Virus record (IMG/VR): IMGVR_UViG_3300049049_000237 | Span: 16,003 to 80,002 of that record | Direction: 5' to 3' (one strand) | Length of the DNA: 64,000 nt | Origin: a virus | Part shown: piece by piece, positions 42,431 to 51,539 of the stretch | Layout of the letters: each line of letters starts with the position of its first letter | How positions within the stretch are numbered: position 1 is the stretch's first letter | Program-made: the position numbers and the translations under genes | Notes under the pieces: generated by a model | Seen by the model: only the letters and a program-made list of their open reading frames with translations | Database searches by the model: none | Told to the model about the DNA's origin: nothing

Positions 42431-44329
42431 TTAGTAGCGACGGTTCTTCTTGCTCTGCGGAATCGACTTGCCCGACACCCGCATGACGGAGCCGATGCCC
42501 CGGCACATCTTGCAGGTGTCCTTCCCGAGCGCGCCCGAACCTTCGCAGTTCGGGCACGGGCACTCTTCGTCGAAGTCACGCACCAGCACCGTGGTCGGAG
42601 CAGAGATGCGGCGTTCGAGCTCTTCCTGCTCCTGCCGCATGAGCTTCTCGTAGAGCGCGATCTCCGCTTCGTTCGGATTGCGCACCGAACGACGACCACG
42701 CTCGACGCGAAGGTGGTCTTCGGCGAAGCAGGTCTCGATGTCTCGGAGGTGGGGCCTGATGATGCGCTTGACCTCCGGGTCTTCGTAGCGGCTGTGTTTG
42801 TGCTGCGCCCTGTAGTGAGCTCCGCTGGCCGGACGCGTCACCTGAACGCTCGTCCGGTGCGACCTCGGCGTGACCGTGACGTAGTCGTACACAGCGACCA
42901 TTCCGAGATCGCGCGTCGACACGTTGTTGAGCGACAGCACGCCGATGAGTCTGCAATCCTCCTTCTTCTCGTCCTCGCCCCAGCCGTCCAAGACGACACG
43001 CATCGTCTTGGGCCACTTCATCGCGTTCGACATGTACATGTCCGCGTCCGTCGGACGCGTGTACCGCTCGCGGCGCTGCACACGCTGAGCGGCCTGCTGG
43101 ATGTCAGCGACGTGGTTCTTCAGCGCGTTCTTCTTGCGCTCGAACTCCGCCTCGGTGGGCTCATACGGCATCGGGCTCCCGACGAACTGGCGACGCCCAT
43201 AGATCTTGGCGAAGCTCTCGGTCTTGGCCGCACGGCGCTGCTCTTCGGTCACATCTTCGGGACGGAAGATGTTGAACATCTCCATCGCGCACAGCGTGTG
43301 GACGTCCACCTCGTACTCGATCTGATCGTGGATGAACATCCCGAGACGCTTCACGTACGCCTCGTTGAGATGCGTTCCTTCGATGTCGAAGTAAGCGACC
43401 TCTGCACCTCCCTCGATGCGCTTCTTCGCCACGTGCATGACGAACTGAGCATCCGCGGCTGCGTAGTCAGGGAGTACCTCGTGGGTGATGCCGTCCACGG
43501 GCGTGTAGTGCGTCTCGGCCCACGTCTTGGGAAGCGACGGAGGATCGATCGACAGAGGACCGACCGCCCGGACGATGTCCTTCATCTCCTCCAACAGCTT
43601 GTTCTTCTCCGCCTGCTCCTCCGGGGTGTACATCGGCTTGGCACCGCCGAAGGGGTACCACCCGTCCGTGAAGCTGAGGCTCTTCGAGCGTCCACGGTCC
43701 GAGACCATGTCGCTCGGATCGATGCCGAGGTTCAGCAGGTAGTTGCGATCCACGATCACGCCCTGCCGCTTGGCCTTGTCCAACGCCTCGTGGATGCGAG
43801 CAGCGACCTCGGTGGAGTGCCGACCCAGCAGCCCCGTCCAGTTGCACTGAGGGCACGGGACGTAGCGCCCGGTGACCGTGACTTCCCAGCGCTTGCCTTC
43901 GCAGTTGCCGCACATACGAAGCGAGAGCTCGGTGAGGACCCGAAGCTCCAGCGACGAGAACGTGCGCTCACTGAACACCGAGAACATGTCGGACGCGCCG
44001 CTCTGGATCGGCGTCTTGGACGCAGGGAAATGGACACTCACATCGGGGCGCGGCAACTTGCGAATGCGGCCCAGCATCTCCGCCGCTTCGCGCTGTACCT
44101 CGTTGAACTTGCCGCCCTCGAACGTGAGCCGCTTCAGGTTCTCCGTCGGCACACCATGCGCCTCCGCACGGCCGATCGCGTACTGAAGGTCGCGCTCGAA
44201 CTCCTTCGCCTGCCGCTCCTCGACCGCCTTCTTGTTCGTCGGGCAGTTGTCGTCGGGGCAGTAGTAGTCGAAGATCGCAGCCACCATCTCGCGGCCGCAG
44301 ATGCAGGTCTTGGTCTTATTCGTGTTCAT
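42431..44329 (-). CDS. Mosaic protein: zinc fingers + PolA-like motif fragments + AgmX/TonB-C-like segment
   Basis: CICG..CP..C, CGNCEG..CPQCNWTG, YAAADA, YFDIEGT, FIHDQIEYEV, RRAAKTESFAKIYG, KRIIRPHLRDIETCF, CPNCEGSG..CKMCRGIG. Confidence 0.65.
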   Translation of the reverse strand: MNTNKTKTCICGREMVAAIFDYYCPDDNCPTNKKAVEERQAKEFERDLQYAIGRAEAHGVPTENLKRLTFEGGKFNEVQREAAEMLGRIRKLPRPDVSVHFPASKTPIQSGASDMFSVFSERTFSSLELRVLTELSLRMCGNCEGKRWEVTVTGRYVPCPQCNWTGLLGRHSTEVAARIHEALDKAKRQGVIVDRNYLLNLGIDPSDMVSDRGRSKSLSFTDGWYPFGGAKPMYTPEEQAEKNKLLEEMKDIVRAVGPLSIDPPSLPKTWAETHYTPVDGITHEVLPDYAAADAQFVMHVAKKRIEGGAEVAYFDIEGTHLNEAYVKRLGMFIHDQIEYEVDVHTLCAMEMFNIFRPEDVTEEQRRAAKTESFAKIYGRRQFVGSPMPYEPTEAEFERKKNALKNHVADIQQAAQRVQRRERYTRPTDADMYMSNAMKWPKTMRVVLDGWGEDEKKEDCRLIGVLSLNNVSTRDLGMVAVYDYVTVTPRSHRTSVQVTRPASGAHYRAQHKHSRYEDPEVKRIIRPHLRDIETCFAEDHLRVERGRRSVRNPNEAEIALYEKLMRQEQEELERRISAPTTVLVRDFDEECPCPNCEGSGALGKDTCKMCRGIGSVMRVSGKSIPQSKKNRRY

Positions 44330-44657
44330 GTTCGAGTCTCCTCTTCGCTTCTTCCCAGTCAGTCGTGTACACGCCCCGCTCAAGGCCACTCATCTCGATG
44401 ACCTTGATGCCGAGACGCCGAGCTCCATCGCCGAGGGTGAGCCCCAGCGAAACGCGCAGCTTGCGAAGTGCGATCCCTTCGGGACGCTCCGGGTGATTCG
44501 AGATGCGGATCTTGCCGATGCCGCAGGGAAGGTTCTCCTTCTCCGCCTGGCAAGGACCCACTCCGTCCGGCCCACAGCAGGTCCGCGTGACGAACCCAGT
44601 GGTGTCCTCGAAGCTCTCCGCGGGCACTTCTACCAGCTTGATAGGCGCTTCCATCAC
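44316..44657 (-). CDS. Zinc-ribbon + XRE HTH protein
   Basis: TCCG..PC..CG; LRKLRVSLGLTLGDGARRLGI..MSGLERG. Confidence 0.7.
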   Translation of the reverse strand: MMEAPIKLVEVPAESFEDTTGFVTRTCCGPDGVGPCQAEKENLPCGIGKIRISNHPERPEGIALRKLRVSLGLTLGDGARRLGIKVIEMSGLERGVYTTDWEEAKRRLEHEHE

Positions 44658-45124
44658 CTTCTCCTTCGACCGCGCTTGTTCGGCGTGGTGAGGGCCTTCT
44701 CCAGGATCGACTCCCGAGATAGCCCGTTCCGCGCAAGACGAGAGAAGCGCTTACGCAGCGCTCCGGGATGCATATTGAGACGAGCGGCCCACTCGTAGAT
44801 GGTGAGCCGCTCGCCGTTGAACTCGACGATGAACCCCGACTTGTTGGAGTTCTGCATCGACTTCGTCGCCCACCGCACGTTGCCGGGCTCATAGTTGCCG
44901 TCGGGATCGATGCGATCGAGCGAGTGCTTCTTCGTCGGTCGTGCTCCTACGTCCGCGAGAAACTGCTGAAAGCCGCCGGGGCCCATCCAGTCGAAGTAGA
45001 CCAGAATGCCCCGGCCGCCATAGTGCTCGTAGTCGGTGCGGTTCTTGTTGGTGCAGCGCTGCACCATCATCTTCCACGACACGTAAGTCGGGGACTTCTT
45101 CTTACGTGCGTGGCCGTGAACCAC
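44654..45124 (-). CDS. HNH-family (YGGRGI-type) endonuclease with C-terminal HTH
   Basis: W..M.QRC..YEHYGGRGI..SLDRIDPDGNYEPGNVRWAT; EWAARLNM. Confidence 0.85.
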   Translation of the reverse strand: MVHGHARKKKSPTYVSWKMMVQRCTNKNRTDYEHYGGRGILVYFDWMGPGGFQQFLADVGARPTKKHSLDRIDPDGNYEPGNVRWATKSMQNSNKSGFIVEFNGERLTIYEWAARLNMHPGALRKRFSRLARNGLSRESILEKALTTPNKRGRRRR

Positions 45125-45268
45125 TACGCCGACTCCTGCTCCGCGCGCCAGTCGGTGGGATCTTCGCCCGCTCTCCAGGCGCGCTTCGCGGACTCGTAGT
45201 TCTCCGTCAGGTGCGTGATGCCTGCTGCTCGACTCCATTCGAGCCACGTCATTCCGTAGGTGTTCTCG

Positions 45269-46507
45269 TCATCGCGACGAGGTCGTCGCTTCTGCCGCTT
45301 CACGTGCGAGCTCCTGGATCCGTTCGGGTAGCGTGGTGAACCGCTCGCGCGGCTTGTTCTGCTTGAGCGCCATGCCGATGCCGGCGCTGTTGCCGATGAC
45401 GTAGACCGCCTTCTTGGCTCGCGTGACGGCAGTGTACAGGAGCTGCCGGGACCACATCCTCGCGTGCATGCCGTGGCACACGACCGCGACGTGATCCCAC
45501 TCGGAGCCCTGCGACTTGTGGATCGTGAGGGCGTACGCGAGGCGCAGCTCATGCATCGCCGTCGGGACCGTGTACTCCACGTAGCGCCGATCGAAGCGCA
45601 CGTAGACCTTGCCCTTCTCGATGCGGTCGACGGTCCCGATCTCGCCGTTGAACACGTCGAGGCGGTAGTTGTTCGAGACCTGGATCACTCGGTCGTTCTT
45701 CCCGAGGAATGTCTGCATCGAGGCGTTCGGGATGGCGAGCTCGATCGTCTCGCCGTCGTTGCGTCCGGGGTTGATGTTCTCCGCGATCTCGTTGTTGAGG
45801 ATCTCGGTGCCGAGGTCGCCCACGTTCTGCGGCGTCAGGAGCTGGAACTTGCCGTCCCAGAAGTCCGCCGCGTGATGCATCATCATCTCGATCACGAGGT
45901 TGATGGTGTCCTCGGCATCCTTCACCGAGTGCAGCACGAAGTCATCGCGCTCTTCGGTGTCGAACATCGCGCCCGACAGGATGCGCGGCGCATTGGTGCA
46001 GATCCACGACTCCTGCGCAGCTCGATGCAGCGTCTTGAGGCGGATGGTGGGCACGCAGTTGCTGTCGATGAGGTCTCGAAGCAGGCTGCCCGCGCCCACG
46101 CTGGGTAGCTGGTCTGCGTCACCGACGAAGACGATGCGTGCGTCCGGTTTGAGGGCCCGCATCAGCTCGTAGCCCATCTCGACGTCGATCATCGACGCCT
46201 CGTCCGCGAGCACGACGTCTTCCTTCACCACCTCTCCGCCCGGGTACCCCTCTCCCGTGTACCCGAGCAGCCGGTGGATCGTGGAGGTCTGGCGGCCCAC
46301 CACTTCGCGGATGCGCTTCGCAGCCTTGCCGGTCGGCGCCACGAGCGCGACGCGCTTCTTCAGCATGTCCTGGTGGCGCAGGGCGGCCTTGACGATCGTC
46401 GTCTTGCCGGTCCCGGGGCCTCCCGTGATGATGCTGAGCTTGTTGTCTCCCTTCGCGATCAGCTCGATGGCTCGCTGCTGATCGCTGTCGTACTCGATCT
46501 CACTCAT
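45269..46507 (-). CDS. recD2: RecD2-like SF1B helicase, motor half
   Basis: QQRAI, ITGGPGTGKT, APTGKAA, TIHRLLG, DEASM, VGDADQLPSV, AYALTIHKSQGSE, LYTAVTRAK. Confidence 0.92.
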   Translation of the reverse strand: MSEIEYDSDQQRAIELIAKGDNKLSIITGGPGTGKTTIVKAALRHQDMLKKRVALVAPTGKAAKRIREVVGRQTSTIHRLLGYTGEGYPGGEVVKEDVVLADEASMIDVEMGYELMRALKPDARIVFVGDADQLPSVGAGSLLRDLIDSNCVPTIRLKTLHRAAQESWICTNAPRILSGAMFDTEERDDFVLHSVKDAEDTINLVIEMMMHHAADFWDGKFQLLTPQNVGDLGTEILNNEIAENINPGRNDGETIELAIPNASMQTFLGKNDRVIQVSNNYRLDVFNGEIGTVDRIEKGKVYVRFDRRYVEYTVPTAMHELRLAYALTIHKSQGSEWDHVAVVCHGMHARMWSRQLLYTAVTRAKKAVYVIGNSAGIGMALKQNKPRERFTTLPERIQELAREAAEATTSSR

Positions 46508-47522
46508 CTTCGTCGTCGTGCTCCTCGTGGCCTGGGGGCTGCGTCCGCACCTTCCCGTACGTGATGAACTCCGCGATGCCTGCTTCGTACCGCGCATGCG
46601 TCACGAGCTGGATCATCTGGGGGTCGCCGTAGAGCGTGAGGAACTCCGGCATCAGTTGGTCGAGGCAGCTCACGAAGCGCTGCGCCGACATCGTCGGGTA
46701 CTTCTCGGACATGTAGTCCAAGAAGTCGTCGTAGTACATCGCCGTGTGACCTTCGTCTGCGCGATCCTTCAGCTCGTGCAGACACACAGCGCGAAGGCGC
46801 TTCGGGTCGTTCGGCGCGTTGCCCCTCTGCGACAAGTAGATCTTGTCGATCTTCGTGAAGGGCATGTCCTGGATGTAGTAGTACGCGGTGTACGGGTCCT
46901 GCTTCAGCTCTGCGGCTGCCTCGCGCCCACGTGCGCGGAAGAGGGCGTGCGCCTCCTTGGTGTCGAGCCCGAGCTTCAGCAGATCGTCGACAGTCATCTT
47001 GCGAAGCACGTACGCCTGCACAGAGGGGTACGTCATCGTCGCGTTGTGCTTGTCGAAGAAGGTGCGGATGGACGCGTCGTTCCACCGCAGAAGCTGCATG
47101 AACCGCGCGATCTCGAAGTCCGTGCCCTCCGGTGCCGGCATGTAGATCGAGGCCGGGGAGGAGGTGGCAGCACCCACCGTGCTGAAGCTCGTGTACCAGT
47201 CGCTGATGAGGTCCTCGGCCGCGCTGTGCAGCATCCCGAAGTGGCGCGTGAGCCACCCCACCGTCGACCGTCGATCCTTCGGGAGAAGGACGTGGATGAC
47301 CTTCGCCCGGATCTGCTTGCCGTGGTGCGGGTGGTCGTACTCGACGCCCGTGACCTCGATGTAGTCGCCGAGCTCGATCCCGACGAGGACGCCGATGACC
47401 TGCTCTTCGGTGCCGGAGCTCAGCTCGACCTTCGCGACGCCGACGCCATCGTTGCTGTTACGGAAGCGGATGAGGTCCTCGACCACTCCCGAAACTTCAA
47501 CTTCAGTCTTCTCCCGTGCCAT
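46500..47522 (-). CDS. RecD2 N-terminal half (OB fold + HhH-like)
   Basis: OB pattern G..V..G.EYDHPHHGKQI; LKQDPY..I..MPF.KID; DP.RLRA..ADEGHT; E..IA. Confidence 0.8.
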   Translation of the reverse strand: MAREKTEVEVSGVVEDLIRFRNSNDGVGVAKVELSSGTEEQVIGVLVGIELGDYIEVTGVEYDHPHHGKQIRAKVIHVLLPKDRRSTVGWLTRHFGMLHSAAEDLISDWYTSFSTVGAATSSPASIYMPAPEGTDFEIARFMQLLRWNDASIRTFFDKHNATMTYPSVQAYVLRKMTVDDLLKLGLDTKEAHALFRARGREAAAELKQDPYTAYYYIQDMPFTKIDKIYLSQRGNAPNDPKRLRAVCLHELKDRADEGHTAMYYDDFLDYMSEKYPTMSAQRFVSCLDQLMPEFLTLYGDPQMIQLVTHARYEAGIAEFITYGKVRTQPPGHEEHDDEDE

Positions 47523-48426
47523 CGCCGCTCCCGAGAACGAGATTCCCACCATTGTCTCGGATGGCCTTCACACCTGCGCGGTGGAGCGCGAGGTTGATGA
47601 ACGACTCGACCTCCGTCTTGCCCTTCACGACCATCTTCTCCGTGTGCTCGCCGAAGAGCTTGAGGATGAACGGTGCGTGATCACGCATCATGCTCTCGGC
47701 CTTGTACACGATGTTCCGGATGTTCGCCTTGTCCTCCTTGGTGAAGGACTTCTTCTCCAGGAGGGCGTCGAGATTCTTGAGCGATGCGCGCATGCTGTCG
47801 ACGACGTCGACGATCTTCTCCTCGAAGATCTCGCGGATGGCAGAGAGCTCGGTCTGCTGCTCGGGGACGTCTTCCATGTTGACGCCCTCGATGTCCGTGA
47901 TGGTGCAGGGAACTCCCTCACCCATGTTCTGCGTGGTGATCATCTCCACGAACTGGGCAGCGGACATCGCGATCGAGATGATCGGGATGCGTCCGTCGGA
48001 GCGGAAGTTCTCGCCCCATCCGCCGACCTCACGCTGAGCCCGCCGGATCTCCAGCGTGAAGAAGTGCTGGTGCCGCACCGACGACCCGAAGAGACGACGC
48101 CACCCGCCCACACGGTCGATCTTCACGATGCCATACGACTCGTGCTTCTCGATGAAGCCCTTGCCTCCGGACATGTTGTCCGTGCGCGGGACGTTCTCGT
48201 ACTTCTGACGAGGGACGTCGTCGTACTCGCCGCGGTGGTGCTTCAACGCCTCGCGCAGCTTCTTCACGTCAGCGACCAGGTCGTTGAACGACGGTCCTCC
48301 GTAGCGGGCGGCCCTGCTACCGGCGAGCAGCGTGTCATAGCGATCGAGGAAGACATCGACCGCATGATCGAGAGAAGCGACGTTCTTCGCGGTGCTCTTG
48401 CCAGTCGTGTTCTTCTTCATGTTCAT
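47503..48426 (-). CDS. Conserved-looking phage hypothetical protein
   Basis: HESYG..RV.G..LFGSS..H..F..I..A; SAAQF..MG.GVPCTI. Confidence 0.65.
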   Translation of the reverse strand: MNMKKNTTGKSTAKNVASLDHAVDVFLDRYDTLLAGSRAARYGGPSFNDLVADVKKLREALKHHRGEYDDVPRQKYENVPRTDNMSGGKGFIEKHESYGIVKIDRVGGWRRLFGSSVRHQHFFTLEIRRAQREVGGWGENFRSDGRIPIISIAMSAAQFVEMITTQNMGEGVPCTITDIEGVNMEDVPEQQTELSAIREIFEEKIVDVVDSMRASLKNLDALLEKKSFTKEDKANIRNIVYKAESMMRDHAPFILKLFGEHTEKMVVKGKTEVESFINLALHRAGVKAIRDNGGNLVLGSGDGTGED

Positions 48427-48665
48427 TCCTCCCAGAGCTCTCGCTGCACAGCGATCCACTTCGTGATGATGAGCCTGCCACCGCTCGTTCCCATGCTGAA
48501 CACGTCCGAATCCGCATGGATCTGCGACTGCGGGATCCAATGGTCCTTGCCGTTGATGTGGACCATCAGCGCCTTGCCGGACTCGCGCAAGACCTCGACG
48601 TTGTCGATGTAGACGGCCTTGTTGTCCTTGTCGTACTCGTGCACCTGGTGGGTCTGCTTGCTCAC
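48423..48665 (-). CDS. Small beta-barrel phage protein
   Basis: ESGKALMV..HWIPQSQI..KWIA. Confidence 0.65.
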   Translation of the reverse strand: MSKQTHQVHEYDKDNKAVYIDNVEVLRESGKALMVHINGKDHWIPQSQIHADSDVFSMGTSGGRLIITKWIAVQRELWEE

Positions 48666-49588
48666 TTGATGTTCTCCGGCATCAGCGCGTGAAGTCGATC
48701 TTCGTCCCAGTACCCGCTGCTCAGACAGGCGAGTCTCGTCTTGTCGTAGCGGTTCTTGTTGTCGAGGGTGTCCCTCCACTTCCCGTACGAAGTGGTGCCC
48801 AGGTTCTTGATGAGCGAGGCGGCGAACAGGTCAGCCGTCTTCGACAACAGAGCGCTGCGAAGCGCGGCGAGCGCCTGCGCGGGCCCGTTCACGCTGAACG
48901 CGTGGTAGACGATCATCGCGAGGTCGAGATCGTGTCCCAGCTCCTGCTGAGTCGCGTATTGGACGTAGTTGTACGCGTCGCGCTTCCCGACCGCGCTCGG
49001 CATGTACTTCGAGTAGGCGCTGAGCTCGACCGTCTGCTGCCCGCGGGCGAGCCACTGGATGGTGTAGAGCTCCTGCGTCCGGTAGGTGCACGGGTCCGCG
49101 AAGGCTTCGTGGAACAGCATCGCCCAGTGCTTGGCCGAGTCGTACTTGGGCCCTGCCACCGGCACCTGACCACCAGCGGCGGACAGACGCGTGCGGAGAA
49201 CCTCGAACTCGATGCGCTTGCCCGTCTTGCGGTGCACGATCGCGCCCGTCTGGGTGACGACCCAGTTCTCGATGTCGATGGCCTGCTGTAGACGCTGCAC
49301 AGCCTTCGACTCGTGAGCGCAGTGCACGAACAGCATGGAGACGAGCTCCCAGAGCTTGCCCTGCTTCTGCGGGGTCGGGAGCACCGCGGTCACATGCAGC
49401 GGGCCCGCGGACATGCCTGCCTTGTCGTAGTTCTGAACCCCACCCCAACGAGGCGATTCGAGCTGCGAGATGATGTAGAACGAGCGACGCATGTGGCCAT
49501 CGCCCGGCGACGGCCTGTCTACGGGGGTACTTCCCCTAACGATGAACCCTGCGCCATCCTTGAAGCGTACGTATTCAGCTTCGGGCAT
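48662..49588 (-). CDS. Possible lysozyme-fold peptidoglycan hydrolase
   Basis: SQLES..VQNYDKAGMSAGPLH resembles the E..N.YD...S.G..Q pattern; AGGAGG SD. Confidence 0.4.
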   Translation of the reverse strand: MPEAEYVRFKDGAGFIVRGSTPVDRPSPGDGHMRRSFYIISQLESPRWGGVQNYDKAGMSAGPLHVTAVLPTPQKQGKLWELVSMLFVHCAHESKAVQRLQQAIDIENWVVTQTGAIVHRKTGKRIEFEVLRTRLSAAGGQVPVAGPKYDSAKHWAMLFHEAFADPCTYRTQELYTIQWLARGQQTVELSAYSKYMPSAVGKRDAYNYVQYATQQELGHDLDLAMIVYHAFSVNGPAQALAALRSALLSKTADLFAASLIKNLGTTSYGKWRDTLDNKNRYDKTRLACLSSGYWDEDRLHALMPENIK

Positions 49589-49617
49589 ACTGCCTCCTCA
49601 TCAAGGTGATAGGGCAC

Positions 49618-50034
49618 ATGGACGCGCACACGATCAAAGGCTTCGCCGACGAGCTCACGAAGGTCTCGCACGTGAAGGTCGCTCTGATCGAGCGCCTGAT
49701 CCGTCTCGGGTTCACCGACGTGCCCGGGACCCCTCGCCTGCTCATGAGGAAGCGCTCGCCGCAGGAGCTGGCAGGCATCCAGCACGGTGTCGAGAAGTTC
49801 TTCAACCGCTACGAGCAGCCCGCGATCGCGAAGGCGACGGGGCTGATCGACAAGCACGTGAAGCACCCGACGGCGAACAAGGTGCTGAAGAAGGGCACGG
49901 AGCTGGTGGTGAAGAACCCCGAGCTCGCGCTCACCGAGCTGAGTCCCGTCCCGGGTACCGGCGCCATGTGGCTCGGGGCAAAAAAGGGGATCGAGCGCGC
50001 CATCGACAAGGTCGCGCCGATCCCCTCTGCCTGA
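49618..50034 (+). CDS. Probable virion protein with GFADELTK..KVA leader
   Basis: Divergent plus-strand gene; N-terminal acidic leader ending at K-x-A. Confidence 0.55.
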   Translation: MDAHTIKGFADELTKVSHVKVALIERLIRLGFTDVPGTPRLLMRKRSPQELAGIQHGVEKFFNRYEQPAIAKATGLIDKHVKHPTANKVLKKGTELVVKNPELALTELSPVPGTGAMWLGAKKGIERAIDKVAPIPSA

Positions 50035-50721
50035 TCAGATCTCCACGTCGACGACGAGCGTCTTCTTGATGTGGAGCGGCTTGCGTACCCAGAGCTCGAT
50101 GGTGTCTTCCTTCACACCATCGAGCACGAGCCGCTTGATGAGGTTGGCGGCCGCTTCGGAGATCACCCGCCGCTCACAGTAGTCCCCTTCGCTGTCGTAC
50201 CACGTGACCATCACGTCCTGGCTCTTCTGCTGAGACGCCTCGATCAGCGAGCCCGCCTTCGACCGCAGCGCATCTGCGAGTGCAGGGTTCGCGAGAGGCA
50301 CCGGCTTGCCGAGGTCCTCCCTCGTCTTCGACCAGCGCCCGCTGTACTTGTTGTTCTCGACCATCTGCGGCGTGAGCACCGTGATCATCACGCGCTCGTT
50401 CGGGATGTCCCGATCATCTCGCACGATCGCGACCAAGTCGCCGAGCGTGGGCAGCGGAAGGAGGACGTTCACGCGGGGCAACCCGTCGACGTTCTCCCAC
50501 CACTTCTCCAGCGGGGTGTTCGAGGCGTAGGCGTTCTTCCAGCTCGAAAGGATCTCGTGCCGCAAGGCCGTGTTGTCCCAGTTCTGCATGTAGCCCAGGT
50601 GCTCGGGCAGTCGCTCGCGCAGGCGATCGAGCACATGGACCGTTACGGCAAGCCGGATCTGGCTGCTGTCCACCTCGTGCACAGTGCTGGGAGATGCTTC
50701 AGTTCTCATGGATTTCCTCAC
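50035..50721 (-). CDS. Hypothetical protein
   Basis: TVHVLDRLRER motif; GAGG upstream. Confidence 0.6.
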   Translation of the reverse strand: MRKSMRTEASPSTVHEVDSSQIRLAVTVHVLDRLRERLPEHLGYMQNWDNTALRHEILSSWKNAYASNTPLEKWWENVDGLPRVNVLLPLPTLGDLVAIVRDDRDIPNERVMITVLTPQMVENNKYSGRWSKTREDLGKPVPLANPALADALRSKAGSLIEASQQKSQDVMVTWYDSEGDYCERRVISEAAANLIKRLVLDGVKEDTIELWVRKPLHIKKTLVVDVEI

Positions 50722-50891
50722 TCTCTTTCTGTAACGGGTCTTAGAAGGCTCAAGTTAGGAATGGCACGCAAGCCCCTGCATACGGACCATTCTGGTGAAC
50801 ACAGGACGTACGTGCGAACGTGGGGCTCTGTAGCCCCCAAGAGTGGTCCTTTTTGGCCCAAAGAGAAAAAGGGCCTTGTAGGACCTCCTAG

Positions 50892-50931
50892 AGAAAAGAA
50901 ACGGGGAGCGCAGCTAGTGCTGGCTCCCCGT
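50892..50931 (-). terminator. Intrinsic terminator downstream of the tmRNA
   Basis: ACGGGGAGC..GCTCCCCGT then TTCTTTTCT. Confidence 0.8.
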
Positions 50932-50988
50932 GAGAAGGGTTGCAGAGGATTATCCCTGCCACTTCATGATCCTACCCTCCTTCCTTGA

Positions 50989-51383
50989 TGGACCCGCCGG
51001 GAGTCGAACCCGGGTCCGCGAGACCTTCTCCTGTGCTTCTACGTGCGTATCCCTTATTCGAGCCGAGCCCTACGAGAGGGATCGGTTAGCGGAGCTCGTG
51101 CTAGGGCAGCCGCCGCTTAGGGGCCTCACGGCCCTCCACCAGCTCTCGGTAGGAACTGCCTTGGCCTCATGCGCCGAGTGCGCCACATGAAGTTGCCCCG
51201 ACTGAATGACGCCCGCGTAGGTCCGTCGGACTACCTACGCGAACGGCTCAGGCCGCCAGAGCGGCCGGAGCGTAGCTCGAATCGTTCGCAGCTACAGGGT
51301 GAGCGGCTTGATAACCCGGCCAGCCGATCAACCGGGGCACGCAACACAGTCGTCGAATCCCACGTCGAAACCGTTACAGGCCC
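50989..51383 (-). ncRNA. ssrA: tmRNA (one-piece), tag (A)ANDSSYAPAALAA
   Basis: 5' GGGCCTG pairs with 3' CGGGTCC-A (G3.U); TTTCGAC; T-arm CCGGG-TTCGACT-CCCGG; helix 2; PK1; tag frame 51289..51248 after TAGCT. Confidence 0.97.
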
Positions 51384-51420
51384 AGATGAAGTAAGTTGTA
51401 GTTCAAGTTCTTGTCAGCAG

Positions 51421-51449
51421 AGACCCGCAGGTTGCCAGGCTGCGGGTCT
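51421..51449. other. 10-bp hairpin just upstream of the tmRNA
   Basis: AGACCCGCAG-N9-CTGCGGGTCT. Confidence 0.6.
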
Positions 51450-51539
51450 TCGTCTCCTCACGTCGACTTCGAGGTCCTCTGCACGACCTCTTTCCTCGTG
51501 GTTTCATATCCCACGAGAGCGGGCGCCACCCGCACGGCG

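Noticed and set aside
44638-44645. CCTATCAA motif copy
   Set aside because: Inside a coding region and about 300 bp from the next start; likely chance
46495-46525. Programmed frameshift joining the RecD2 halves
   Set aside because: No slippery heptamer or stimulatory hairpin; the second ORF has its own ATG and SD-like GAGGAG
50035-50721. RelE/DUF4258-like toxin (TVHVLDRLRER)
   Set aside because: Single short motif; the rest of the protein does not fit by eye
50989-51020. tRNA gene from the GGTTCGACTCC T-arm
   Set aside because: No anticodon arm; the matching acceptor strand lies 395 nt away and brackets a tag frame, so it is tmRNA
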